Source: Bdellovibrionia bacterium
GTDB taxonomy: Bacteria; Bdellovibrionota; Bdellovibrionia; Bdellovibrionales; JAUICD01
DNA length: 64,000 bases
Reading direction: 5' to 3'
Assembly (NCBI GenBank): GCA_030427965.1
Contig: JAUICD010000006.1
Coordinates: 6,769-70,768, forward strand
The position numbers and the translations under genes are program-made. The notes below the pieces were generated by a model, which was given only the letters and a program-made list of their open reading frames with translations, did no database searches and was not told the DNA's origin. This document shows, piece by piece, positions 39,404 through 49,107 of this stretch. Position 1 is the stretch's first letter, and each line of letters opens with the position of its first letter.

Positions 39404-40810
39404 TTATGCTGCATTTGTATTGGATCCGCTCATGTTATTCTTTTTTTTTCCAAGAACCATGGAGAGAATCACAAAGCCCACAACAGCTGAGATGAGAGAG
39501 CCTGTGAGGATTCCGAGTTTTGAGAAGGTCTCCACTTCAGTTCCGCCAAGTGCGAGGTTACTTACAAAGAGTGCCATCGTAAATCCAATACCAGCAAGGC
39601 ATGAAACTCCAAGGTAATGCATCCACGTAATACCTTTTGGTAGGGAGCTAACTCCAAGTTTTACCGCTAAGAATGAAAAGAACATGATACCGATGGGTTT
39701 ACCAAGAAGTAGTCCAAGTCCAATACCAAGAGACACAGGGCTTGCAAAGATGTCGCTAAAGGCAACGCCTTGTAAAACCACACCTGCATTACCTAGTGCA
39801 AAGAGTGGCATAATTGCAAATGTGACCCAAGGGTGAAGGTTGTATACGATTGAATCTAGGGGTGGTTCACATTCATGGGCGACATATTTGATATCATCCA
39901 CAATAGCTTTTGTGTCGTGATCCAAAGGCTCATTCTGTTCGTCATTTTTGGAAGTGAGCACTGGTTTCACAGCAGCCTTAACTTTGTCAAAAAGAGTGCC
40001 TAGATCATCAAACATTTTCTTTCTGGAAATCAGTGGATAAGCTGGAGTTAAGAAGCCAAGTAGCACTCCAGCAATAGTTGCGTGAACTCCCGACTTTAAA
40101 ACCATAAGCCATAAGAAGGCGCCAGCAAGGTAATAAGGCCCTTTTCTCCAAACTCCAATTCCGCGGAATGTGAGAATAAGAAGAACTCCACCAAAAGCTG
40201 CAATCAAATGAGGAACACTTAGGTTACTTGTGTAAAAGAGTGCAATAACAAGAACGGCACCGAGGTCATCGGCAATAGCAAGTGCGAGTAAGAAAATTTT
40301 CAAAGCAAATGGAACTCGATTTCCAAGTAGAGTAAGTACGCCAACTGCAAATGCAATATCAGTTGCCATCGGAATTCCCCAACCAGCAGAAGTTGGTCCT
40401 TCTGGATTGAACGAGTAATAGATCAAAGCAGGAGCAATCATACCACCAAGTGCGGCAAAGATAGGGAGAGAGGATTTTTTCCAAGAGGAAAGTTCCCCAG
40501 TCACCATTTCCCTTTTGATCTCAAGGCCAACAACAAAAAAGAAGATGGCCATAAGCGCATCGTTGATCCAATGAAGAAGAGAGTGTTCAAGGTGAAAGCT
40601 TCCAATTGAAATTGCAATTGGTGTATGAAAGAAATGTTCGTAAGCAGCTCCCCAGGGAGAGTTTGCCCAAACCATCGCAACAATTGTAATCAAGACGAGG
40701 AGAAGACCGCCTGCTGTTTCCAACTCCATAAACCTTTGAATAGGGCTTGTGAGTTTTTCTACTAGTACCCCTCGTTGTTTTTTGACAATACTTTTTCCGT
40801 GGCCTGACAT
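39404..40810 (-). CDS. nhaA: Na+/H+ antiporter NhaA
   Basis: 468 aa. ETAGGLLL, NDALMAIFFFVVGLEIKRE, ALAIADDLGAVLVIALFY (the DD pair) and the C-terminal GIGFTMALF. Contains a hydrophilic insertion (KNDEQNEPLDHDTKAIVDD) relative to the shortest NhaA forms. Confidence 0.9.
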   Translation of the reverse strand: MSGHGKSIVKKQRGVLVEKLTSPIQRFMELETAGGLLLVLITIVAMVWANSPWGAAYEHFFHTPIAISIGSFHLEHSLLHWINDALMAIFFFVVGLEIKREMVTGELSSWKKSSLPIFAALGGMIAPALIYYSFNPEGPTSAGWGIPMATDIAFAVGVLTLLGNRVPFALKIFLLALAIADDLGAVLVIALFYTSNLSVPHLIAAFGGVLLILTFRGIGVWRKGPYYLAGAFLWLMVLKSGVHATIAGVLLGFLTPAYPLISRKKMFDDLGTLFDKVKAAVKPVLTSKNDEQNEPLDHDTKAIVDDIKYVAHECEPPLDSIVYNLHPWVTFAIMPLFALGNAGVVLQGVAFSDIFASPVSLGIGLGLLLGKPIGIMFFSFLAVKLGVSSLPKGITWMHYLGVSCLAGIGFTMALFVSNLALGGTEVETFSKLGILTGSLISAVVGFVILSMVLGKKKNNMSGSNTNAA

Positions 40811-40854
40811 TTTGTTTCCTTGGTTGATACTGTTGATTGTGGTCTTAGTTGATA

Positions 40855-41931
40855 TTATTTTAGGTATTTATAGTCGACGTCAATACGTGTCCCGGCCTCA
40901 GGAACAGGATCAAACAAAACTTTATTGCCTTTTACCACCCACTGGACGTTAGGGTCGGCTGGGTCTAGTGTCACTTGGACTGAATCAGGTATAGGCACGT
41001 GTGAGAGTTCAACAGATTCAATGAGGTCTTTTACGTTCTTCCCGATGGCCTCAAGTGTTTGGCTATAATCGGTATCACAAATACTTCCTGTGATACCACC
41101 AGTCTTATTTGAAAGGTTTGAAATGAGATGTCCATAGTGGGCTGTGTTTCCTGTCTGCCCACGTTGAAGGTTGAGGCATCTAGAGTCCCCTGGTTCGACG
41201 ATGATTCCATAAACGGAGAGTTTTTTCTCTGGTCCCCAAATGCTTTGAAATTTGTCGATCACATATTGTGGTTGTGTTGCGTTTGTAGGGCCTGTGCTCA
41301 GTTCGTCCTCATCTGAAAGAATGACTATTGCTAGATCGGACCCATCACGAAAGAGTCCCACATTGTCTGAATTTCGTTTTTCCATCGCACGAATAGAAGC
41401 AAAAAGAGGTTGCTCATGGCCTGAAGGGCAATTTGCTGGTGCACAGTTGACAGTTTCTGGACGAGCGACGGTATTTTTAAAAATGATGTCTGCATCAGGC
41501 GTAGACGGGTCTAAGATTCTTCCAGGAAAACCTGTCATTTGAAGTATAGAACCATCTAAACCGTGTGGGCCATTACTGACATCTGTTGTGGTGATTGCAA
41601 TTTGCCAATCCAAATCTCCCAATCCTGTGACGAAACTATTGAATCTGTCTCCCATCATTCTTTGTTCAACTTCCATAGATCCAGAATTGTCATCGACAAC
41701 GAGTATGTCGACTCTTCCATCTTTTCGAGTTTGAAAGAAAACATCATGTCCAGACTCCACTGTGTTTCCATCACAAGGACGCTTCGGGCAGGGAGGGCCT
41801 GGTAGATCAATATCTTGATCTGAGGGAACTTCATCAGAACCAACAGAAGCAAACTCGACTTGTCTATTTTGACAAGCAACTAGTGAAAGCCCCAGTAGTA
41901 ATGCAAAGATGAGATCCAATCTTGTCTTCAT
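40855..41931 (-). CDS. lipoprotein with VWA-like (MIDAS DxSxS) domain, paralogue A
   Basis: ATG 41931 is preceded by GGGGGAAG. Lipobox LGLSLVAC and MIDAS-like VDILVVDDNSGSM. Shares DLAIVILSDEDE and GGITGSICDTDY-type motifs with the 47165-48265 product. Confidence 0.6.
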   Translation of the reverse strand: MKTRLDLIFALLLGLSLVACQNRQVEFASVGSDEVPSDQDIDLPGPPCPKRPCDGNTVESGHDVFFQTRKDGRVDILVVDDNSGSMEVEQRMMGDRFNSFVTGLGDLDWQIAITTTDVSNGPHGLDGSILQMTGFPGRILDPSTPDADIIFKNTVARPETVNCAPANCPSGHEQPLFASIRAMEKRNSDNVGLFRDGSDLAIVILSDEDELSTGPTNATQPQYVIDKFQSIWGPEKKLSVYGIIVEPGDSRCLNLQRGQTGNTAHYGHLISNLSNKTGGITGSICDTDYSQTLEAIGKNVKDLIESVELSHVPIPDSVQVTLDPADPNVQWVVKGNKVLFDPVPEAGTRIDVDYKYLK

Positions 41932-42098
41932 TTGCTTCCCCCACAAAAGGTTGTTCAACCTTTAGTAAGGCAACGATTGGGCCATGACCGACAGCGTTAA
42001 AAAAGAAGTGGAACTAATTGAATTCACTAAATATTCTCAGCCTGAAACAGGGGCTAAAGTCCAGGAAATTGACTAGACTTTTATTCTGTAAATTTTCT

Positions 42099-42995
42099 TT
42101 ACGAAAGGCGAAACTTTTTTGTGACTTTGAAATCACGGCCATCTGCTTCGACTTTTGCAAGTTCCACATGTGGGTCATGCTCAAAAAAGAGGTACCAATC
42201 TTTTTCAACTGCTTCTGTTAGAAAGGTTCGTTTTTCTTCTATGATTTTTAGAGGGTCTAAGTCATATCCCATGATCCATGCAAGGCGCACATGAGTACTT
42301 GTGGGAATCAAATCACCACAAAATACGACAGTTGTATTTTCATCTGAAATCTTTACGATCTGTTGACCGACAGTGTGGCCATTGGTGATTTGGACTGAGA
42401 GATTTGGAAGGAGATCCTTTGTGCTTCCATCAAGTAGGGTGAGCTTTTTTGTTTCCACCAAGGGCTCAAAGTTTGCTGAGAAATAACTGGCTTTTTCTCT
42501 TACATTTGGGTGGCGTGCTGTTTTTAAATTTTCAGACTGCACATAGTATTTTGCATTTTCAAAAGTTGGAGCAAGTTGCCCTTCTCTTTCCGTTGTTGCT
42601 CCACCTGCGTGATCAAAATGCAAATGTGTGAGAACCACATCTGTAACATCGCCTGTGTTCAACCCGTGTTTTTTGATACAGTTTATGATTGAAGGTGTTG
42701 CACTTTCAATATTGTAAATCTGTGCAAATTTGCTTCCTAGTTTTTCACCATATTTTTTTACAAAATCAGCACCATTTCCTGTGTCGATGACGATTTTTTT
42801 GTCGTTTGAGTTCAGCAACAGTCCACGTGCTTCGAGTTGAATACGATTGAGCGCATCTGCCGGATTTGTACGTTCCCAGAGTACCTTTGGAACCGTTCCA
42901 AACATCGCGCCCCCATCAAGACCAAAGATTCCTGTAGGAAGTGATTTCAGTTGATATGGGCCGATCTGAATCGCAATTGGGCTGATCTCTTGCAT
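42099..42995 (-). CDS. MBL-fold metallo-hydrolase
   Basis: 298 aa with the metal motif VVLTHLHFDHAGG and later conserved His/Asp residues. Confidence 0.8.
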   Translation of the reverse strand: MQEISPIAIQIGPYQLKSLPTGIFGLDGGAMFGTVPKVLWERTNPADALNRIQLEARGLLLNSNDKKIVIDTGNGADFVKKYGEKLGSKFAQIYNIESATPSIINCIKKHGLNTGDVTDVVLTHLHFDHAGGATTEREGQLAPTFENAKYYVQSENLKTARHPNVREKASYFSANFEPLVETKKLTLLDGSTKDLLPNLSVQITNGHTVGQQIVKISDENTTVVFCGDLIPTSTHVRLAWIMGYDLDPLKIIEEKRTFLTEAVEKDWYLFFEHDPHVELAKVEADGRDFKVTKKFRLS

Positions 42996-43045
42996 TTTCT
43001 CTCCTCTAGGACTAATAAATCTCCATACAAAGTGGGAGGCACTAT

Positions 43046-43717
43046 TTGAGCCAAACGGATCAAAGTAAACATGAAAAAGAGATTACCTTTTCTGCTAAGG
43101 AAATTCTAGAGAATGTGCGGCCAACTCCTGTGAAATCCAATGGGCTTTCCGGAGAAGAAAAGCAGCGGGTCATTGCCGGGCACTTTAGGGGTATAATGGA
43201 AACGTTGGGTTTGGATTTGGAAAACGACAGTTTGACCAAGTCTCCAGAGCGAGTTGCCAAGATGTATGTGAATGAAATTTTTCAAGGACTTGATTCTGAG
43301 AACTTTCCAAAGATCACCGTGATTGAAAATGAAATGAGTTACGATCAAATGATTGTAATCAAAGATGTGAACGTAATGACTTTTTGTGAACATCATTTTG
43401 TTACAATTCATGGTAAAGCGCAGATTGCATACATCCCTAGAAAAAGAGTGATTGGTCTCTCCAAAGTCAATCGAATCACAAAGTTCTTTGCTCAGCGTCC
43501 TCAAGTTCAAGAGCGTTTGACCAAACAGATTGGAGATGCCCTTGCATTTATTTTAGACACAAATGATATTGCAGTTTCTATTGATGCCAAACATTACTGT
43601 GTGATCTCTCGAGGGGTGGAAGATGTCGGAAGTTCCACAAGCACATGTGATTTAAGAGGTGCATTTAAAAATGATGGTAAAACACGTGCTGAGTTTATGG
43701 ATATTTGTAGGAGATAG
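43046..43717 (+). CDS. folE: GTP cyclohydrolase I
   Basis: 223 aa. SPERVAKMY, FCEHHFV, YIPRKRVIGLSKVNRI, RPQVQERLT and HYCVISRGV. Confidence 0.9.
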   Translation: MSQTDQSKHEKEITFSAKEILENVRPTPVKSNGLSGEEKQRVIAGHFRGIMETLGLDLENDSLTKSPERVAKMYVNEIFQGLDSENFPKITVIENEMSYDQMIVIKDVNVMTFCEHHFVTIHGKAQIAYIPRKRVIGLSKVNRITKFFAQRPQVQERLTKQIGDALAFILDTNDIAVSIDAKHYCVISRGVEDVGSSTSTCDLRGAFKNDGKTRAEFMDICRR

Positions 43718-43719
43718 TT

Positions 43720-44691
43720 TTGAGACGAAGACCTCGTAGAAACAGAAAGAACAAATTCACTCGTGAATTGATTAGAGAAACTCAAATTGAGGTGAGTGAC
43801 TTAATATATCCGATGTTTCTTATTGATGGAGAGGGTCAACGTGAAGAGATCGGGAGTATGCCGGGGCAATTTCGTTTGTCGATTGATCAAGCATGTGAAG
43901 AGATTGGATCGTGTTTGAATTTAGGGCTTAATACGTTTGCGCTTTTTCCAGCTCTTCAAGACAACTTAAAAAACAGGCTTGCAACAGAATCCTTAAATCC
44001 TGAAGGGCTTTATCTTCGCGGAATTCGAGAAATCAAAAAAAGTTTTCCAGATGCTATACTTCTAACTGATGTGGCGATGGACCCCTATAGCAGTGATGGG
44101 CATGACGGCGTGGTAGAGGGTGACAAAATTCTCAATGATCCAACTCTTGAAATATTGGGGCAAATGGCTGTTGCGCAAGCCAGTGCAGGAGCTGATATCA
44201 TCGGCCCATCAGACATGATGGATGGACGAGTGGGTGTGATACGAGATGCTCTTGATGAGAATGATCATCAAGAGGTGTCGATTATGTCTTATGCGGTCAA
44301 GTACGCAAGCCACTTCTACGGTCCATTTCGTGAAGCTTTGGACTCGGCTCCAAAATCTGGAGACAAAAAAACCTATCAAATGGATTACAGAAACCGTAGT
44401 GAGGCTCTTATTGAGGCGGAGTTGGATTACAATGAGGGTGCTGATTTCTTGATGGTAAAACCCGCTTTAAGTTATCTGGACATCATTTCAGATTTAAAAT
44501 CTGAGTTTCCTCTTCCCATTGCCGCTTACAATGTGAGCGGTGAGTACGCAATGATCAAAGCAGCAGCTAAAAATGGTTGGATCAATGGTGAGGAAGTGGC
44601 ACTTGAAGTATTGACTTCCATCAAGCGCGCTGGTGCTGATATTATCCTCACTTATTTTGCAAAAGAAATAGCAAAACAACTCAAGACTTAA
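43720..44691 (+). CDS. hemB: porphobilinogen synthase (delta-aminolevulinic acid dehydratase)
   Basis: 323 aa. RRPRRNR start, YPMFL, PSDMMDGRV, SYAVKYAS.FYGPFR, active-site MVKPALSYLDI and YNVSGEYAM. Confidence 0.9.
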   Translation: MRRRPRRNRKNKFTRELIRETQIEVSDLIYPMFLIDGEGQREEIGSMPGQFRLSIDQACEEIGSCLNLGLNTFALFPALQDNLKNRLATESLNPEGLYLRGIREIKKSFPDAILLTDVAMDPYSSDGHDGVVEGDKILNDPTLEILGQMAVAQASAGADIIGPSDMMDGRVGVIRDALDENDHQEVSIMSYAVKYASHFYGPFREALDSAPKSGDKKTYQMDYRNRSEALIEAELDYNEGADFLMVKPALSYLDIISDLKSEFPLPIAAYNVSGEYAMIKAAAKNGWINGEEVALEVLTSIKRAGADIILTYFAKEIAKQLKT

Positions 44692-44913
44692 AACACAAAC
44701 CATATATGTAAAAACCTGAATCTGATTTGGCTCACCCCTGCGCAGAGGACGACTCGCATTAAAAAAAACATTCTACTAGTCACGTGACCAATACTGTATT
44801 TTGGATCAAATTTGATCAACAAGTAGAGTGGTGAGTGATTTACAAAGTTGAGGGGAAGTAGTTTGAAGTTTACGTAATGGAGATTTCGTCACATTAGGTT
44901 TTTCAGTTGAAAA

Positions 44914-46362
44914 TCATATTCCATCAAGACTCAGTGAATTTAAAGAAGGTAAGGCTAAGCGGGGTTCCAATAGATTGGGACATAGTGATGGGTGGTTCTT
45001 TCTGATTGTGACGACTTTTTTTGAATTTTTGGCAGCTCGGGCTGAATCTAGCCAAACTGACACTGAGTCATGTAAAAAGCTATTTACTTCTTGGAGTTGC
45101 TGGTTTCTTTGTTGTTCAGATGGTTCTTGGAGAGCTCTTGCAAACTCACGGACAGCAACAGGGTAACTACTTAAAGCAAGTGTTGCTCCCATTCCGCTTA
45201 ACGGAGAACTGGCTCCAGCTCGATCTCCAATTATAATAAGGTTCTTGTGGGTGAACTGGCTTGAAGAATGATTTTGTATTGTTACAACGGATTCCTCCAT
45301 CATCAAAATTTGAGGATCAGTTCGAATGTTTTCTGCATCGAAAATAATTTTGGCGTAGTGGTGAAGAAGGTCGTACGACTGTTGGTTTGAGATATCTGAC
45401 TCTAAGACCATCACTGTAATTCCAACTCTTTTGTGGAGGTGATCAAAGTGAGCATTTACCAATCGAGGGCTGCCATCAATTGTCCAATCAATAAGTCCTG
45501 TATTAAATGACTTATTACCTAAATATTGAAAATCTCCAAATATCCATTGTTCACCTTCGCTTGGGTGGTCTTTATGATGTATTTTGGGATTAAATCCATC
45601 AACCGCGTTAGGCCCTTTACTCCCATCGGCGAGCACAATTATATCTGGGGCCAGAAATTCAATGACATTTTCTTCTTGTGCAACTTTCACATTGAAGTGG
45701 TTTTCTGCTTTTTGAATAGTTGTTCTGGCATTGTTGATAATAGAAATGCCCCTTTCACGTGCTTTTTCTGCTAAGAACTGTTCAAATTCACCAGTAATGA
45801 TTAAGTATTGTGCTCCATCCTTGAACTTCTCATCTATCGGTTCAGATATAAAGTCAGAATAAGAAACACTTCCTGGTTCAGGAATATTCTTGATTTCTGT
45901 GGTTCGTTTTGGTTTTTTTTTACCTTTTGCGAGTTCAAATACGCGTCTAGCTTTTAGATGAGTTCCGACGTTTTCTAGAAACTCATCAAAAACACCCAAC
46001 TCGCGAAGCATGATTTCACTTTCAACTTTGAGGCCGAGGATATTTAAACGAGTATATTCTGGTGGTCTTTTTTCCAGTACAACAACATTAAACCCATCGT
46101 TTCTAAGTGTAAGAGCGCTCATTAGACCAGCTGGTCCTCCGCCAATAACTATGGCCAGTTTTCTATTGTCTGTGAGATGTATCTCAGAGAGATCTTCGTA
46201 AGAGATTGGAAATCGAGAAACAAAGCTATCTGTAAAAATCAGAGATTTAGAAAAAGCAAACGGCGTACTAATGAATATTGTAAGAAGAAAGAATAGGGTT
46301 TTACAGTTTACTTTTGCCATAGATGTACCTACTGCAGCTTCTGTGCCAGGCATCCGAAACAA
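44914..46362 (-). CDS. FAD-dependent oxidoreductase/monooxygenase with N-terminal hydrophobic leader
   Basis: 482-aa track ORF. Dinucleotide motif LAIVIGGGPAGLMSALTL...VVVLEK and a late GDRAGASSPLSGMG motif. Starting from ATG 46320, the N-terminus MAKVNCKTLFFLLTIFISTPFAFS looks like a signal or anchor. Start uncertain. Confidence 0.7.
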   Translation of the reverse strand: MFRMPGTEAAVGTSMAKVNCKTLFFLLTIFISTPFAFSKSLIFTDSFVSRFPISYEDLSEIHLTDNRKLAIVIGGGPAGLMSALTLRNDGFNVVVLEKRPPEYTRLNILGLKVESEIMLRELGVFDEFLENVGTHLKARRVFELAKGKKKPKRTTEIKNIPEPGSVSYSDFISEPIDEKFKDGAQYLIITGEFEQFLAEKARERGISIINNARTTIQKAENHFNVKVAQEENVIEFLAPDIIVLADGSKGPNAVDGFNPKIHHKDHPSEGEQWIFGDFQYLGNKSFNTGLIDWTIDGSPRLVNAHFDHLHKRVGITVMVLESDISNQQSYDLLHHYAKIIFDAENIRTDPQILMMEESVVTIQNHSSSQFTHKNLIIIGDRAGASSPLSGMGATLALSSYPVAVREFARALQEPSEQQRNQQLQEVNSFLHDSVSVWLDSARAAKNSKKVVTIRKNHPSLCPNLLEPRLALPSLNSLSLDGI

Positions 46363-46518
46363 AAAGAGCTTTTTGAATGTTGGAACGGCTTGGATTTTGT
46401 CTGTGAGATGTGTCGTAACAAGAGTTTGATCAACCTCAAGGTTTACTGAGCTTGTTCAGAGATTGTTCAAGTGTGACAAAAATGAGTTTTGTTTATTTTG
46501 TTTTGAAATTTTTTAAGC

Positions 46519-46917
46519 TCAATCATAGACAAGTGTACGCGTAAGTTCCCAGACTGTGTTTCCATCAGGAGCGATGATGCTGTATTGAAAAAAAGCGCCT
46601 TTGTCTCCAAGGTCTTCCCAAATATCAAATAGGATTTCCATTTGAAAAGCTTCCTCTTTTCTGGTCTCAAAAGGGATTTTTAGTTTTTTCAAAAGTTCTT
46701 CAGATCTATTGTCTGTGGGGCGAAGGTGTATTTTGGATATTCGATTCCAATAGGTTGGGAGTTTTTCTTCTTTGCGTAGGGTCTCAATGTCCTTTTCCCA
46801 TAAGACTTGAAGGCGTTCATGGGGCTTGCCACTCACAAAGGGAAGAAGCTCTTTTGAGGAAAGGTAAACCAGTGTGAATCCCGTCAAAAGTATCATAAAG
46901 CCTAGAACGCGTCTCAT
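46519..46917 (-). CDS. hypothetical membrane-anchored protein
   Basis: 132-aa ORF with N-terminal TM VLGFMILLTGFTLVYL. No recognisable family. Confidence 0.4.
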   Translation of the reverse strand: MRRVLGFMILLTGFTLVYLSSKELLPFVSGKPHERLQVLWEKDIETLRKEEKLPTYWNRISKIHLRPTDNRSEELLKKLKIPFETRKEEAFQMEILFDIWEDLGDKGAFFQYSIIAPDGNTVWELTRTLVYD

Positions 46918-47164
46918 AAGCTACAAGTGTCTTCTCTTGGGCGAATTTTGTCACCCCCAAGAGAGAGAATTTAAGCATATAAAATAACTCATCTTTTTTA
47001 GATATGGCGTGGGACTGACTAAGCTCTCGACAATGCTGTATTTACGTAAAAAGCCCTCAAGAATCCGAATTTCTAAGTGATTTTAGTGATTTATGACTAT
47101 GTCTCGTTTCGGCACACATATTGGATCTGTAAGAGTTGGAATTACATCACCTTGGAGTGAGGAT

Positions 47165-48265
47165 ATGAGAAGATTTGTCTATATTGCTATTATTTCGTTG
47201 GGACTCGGCGTAGCTGTTGGATGTTCAAACGTCAGCTTTAAAGCAAAGAAGAAAGGCGGAGACGGGGATGACAACACTCCACAGTGTACAGAAAACTGTG
47301 TGACCCCACCTACAGGAACAACACATACAGAGACATTTTCACTTCCCCCAGCAGCAAATAAAATAGACATTCTATTTGTCGTTGATAACTCTGCCTCCAT
47401 GACAGAAGAGCAAAATAAGATGGCCACTCGTTTTTCTTCATTTATAAGTTCAATTAGTGGTATGGGGCTCAATTATCGTATTGGAATTATCACAACAGAC
47501 ATGACAGGTTTTGGTCCCACACAAGACGGGAATCTGCTAAAAATCGCTGGAACTTCAAATGACTATATAATCAATCCAAGTGATGGAAGTACTAGCACAC
47601 TCAGTAATCGATTTAAAAATACAGTTAAAAGAAATGAAGTTATGTGGCCAGGTGATGAACGCGGGATTTATGCAGCAATCAGTGCAATTGCAAAAAATCA
47701 ATCTGGATGGATTCGAGGTAATGCGGATTTAGCTATTGTGATTTTAAGTGATGAAGATGAAAGAAGTGCTGGTGGCGATGAGCCAGGTTATCCAATGGAA
47801 TGTGGCGAAGCTTTTGACTCCGGCAATATGAAAGGAAGAGACTGTACAGAAGATTTAGTAAGAACTGTTAAGTCCAATTTTCCAAACAAAACATTTACAG
47901 TACATTCTTTAATAGTAAAACCTGGAGACAGTAACTGTCTTGACAATCAAGTGGCTCAAGGTGGGCCAAGCAATGCACATTACGGAACAGAGTATAAGAA
48001 ACTCTCTGACAGAACTGGCGGCGAAGTCGGCTCTATTTGTGCCAATGATTACGGAAGTCAACTGAGTGATATTGCAGATGTAATTATAGATTCACGTGAC
48101 TCATGGACTTTAAAGTGTGTTCCACAAAATGGTGATGTTCAGATTCTTCAGTGGCCTACGGGATTTCCGCAGAACCCACCTCCTTACACAAGTGGTGATA
48201 AGTTGATCTTTCCAAATCCACTTCAATCTGGTGATTCGATCACTGTCAGATACACGTGCTCATGA
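47165..48265 (+). CDS. lipoprotein with VWA-like (MIDAS DxSxS) domain, paralogue B
   Basis: ATG 47165 is preceded by GGAGTGAGGA. Lipobox LGVAVGC, plus IDILFVVDNSASM, DLAIVILSDEDE, VKPGDSNCLD and GGEVGSICANDY. Confidence 0.6.
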   Translation: MRRFVYIAIISLGLGVAVGCSNVSFKAKKKGGDGDDNTPQCTENCVTPPTGTTHTETFSLPPAANKIDILFVVDNSASMTEEQNKMATRFSSFISSISGMGLNYRIGIITTDMTGFGPTQDGNLLKIAGTSNDYIINPSDGSTSTLSNRFKNTVKRNEVMWPGDERGIYAAISAIAKNQSGWIRGNADLAIVILSDEDERSAGGDEPGYPMECGEAFDSGNMKGRDCTEDLVRTVKSNFPNKTFTVHSLIVKPGDSNCLDNQVAQGGPSNAHYGTEYKKLSDRTGGEVGSICANDYGSQLSDIADVIIDSRDSWTLKCVPQNGDVQILQWPTGFPQNPPPYTSGDKLIFPNPLQSGDSITVRYTCS

Positions 48266-48271
48266 CAGAGT

Positions 48272-48955
48272 TTAAAGTGCTAGCCTAGAGTTTCTATCGG
48301 TAAGGAGATATCCCTTGCCATAAACACTTTCTAAATTCACAGAGAATTTACCCACAGCTTTTTTAAGCTTGGAAATATGGGCATCAATAGAGCGTGAGGA
48401 AATTTTAGAATCATTCCACACTGTCAGGCGTAACCACTCTCTTGTGAGCATACGATCTGGGTTTTCAAAAAAAGCCCGGAGTATTTGAGACTGAAGCGGT
48501 GTGAGTGAGTGTTCTTCATTTCCAGTCTTTAAAATATGAGTTGCCACATTGAGTTCGGAGTTTTTCCAATAAAAAAGCAGTGATTGGAATCGTTGAAATT
48601 TCTTAACTCTTTGAATAAGCCATTTGATTTGCCACAAGATATGCTCAAGCTTTGGGGGTTTTACGATGATATTGTCAGCACCCATTTGGTGAACGGCATC
48701 GAGTGTTACAGAGTTTTGATCCATAACTGTCATAAGAACGCCTGTGTTTTTGAGATTTTGATCACGTCTGAGTTGTTGGACAATACTATTGCTCTGTGCC
48801 TCAAAACTTAGAATTATAACATGAGGTTTGAAATCCAAAATTGTATGAAACGCCCGTGAAGGAGATTCAATCTTCACATTGAAATTTGAACTCAAATAAG
48901 AGCTCACGATTTGGCAAAAAATCTGGTCTTGTTCCAGTAAAAGCACTCGGTCCAC
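48272..48955 (-). CDS. OmpR/PhoB-type winged-helix regulator with a receiver-like domain lacking the phospho-acceptor Asp
   Basis: 227 aa. The C-terminus LTPLQSQILRAFF...LTREWL...SRSIDAHISKLKKA...GKGYLL is an OmpR-type DNA-binding domain. The N-terminal domain aligns to receiver strands, but the beta3 position reads HVIILSFE (Ser where Asp is expected). Confidence 0.65.
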   Translation of the reverse strand: MDRVLLLEQDQIFCQIVSSYLSSNFNVKIESPSRAFHTILDFKPHVIILSFEAQSNSIVQQLRRDQNLKNTGVLMTVMDQNSVTLDAVHQMGADNIIVKPPKLEHILWQIKWLIQRVKKFQRFQSLLFYWKNSELNVATHILKTGNEEHSLTPLQSQILRAFFENPDRMLTREWLRLTVWNDSKISSRSIDAHISKLKKAVGKFSVNLESVYGKGYLLTDRNSRLAL

Positions 48956-49107
48956 AGAATCTTATCGTTACAACCTGTGTTTCCCCTTAAGTTTTGCTGA
49001 TATTCAGTGCCTGAGTCCTGTTGGATGGGGTTATAGACAAATTGAAGTGCTGTTCCAAAGAGAAAAACAGCTCAACTTTGGTCCTGCTGAAGGGTATAAG
49101 CTTTGGC

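Noticed and set aside
39281-39490. 69-aa plus-strand ORF between tRNA-Arg and nhaA.
   Set aside because: It spans the nhaA terminator hairpin and runs antisense into the nhaA 3' end. It has no SD and an implausible composition.
42014-42221. Pair of ~65-aa ORFs on both strands at the MBL-hydrolase 3' end and intergenic region.
   Set aside because: They overlap each other and the well-supported MBL gene, with no motifs. Chance ORFs.
44779-44817. Two palindromes in the hemB/flavoprotein convergent intergenic region: GTCACGTGAC (44779-44788) and GATCAAATTTGATC (44804-44817).
   Set aside because: They lie between two gene 3' ends with no promoter to regulate, lack loops suitable for a stable terminator hairpin, and match no consensus I can name. 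Noted only.
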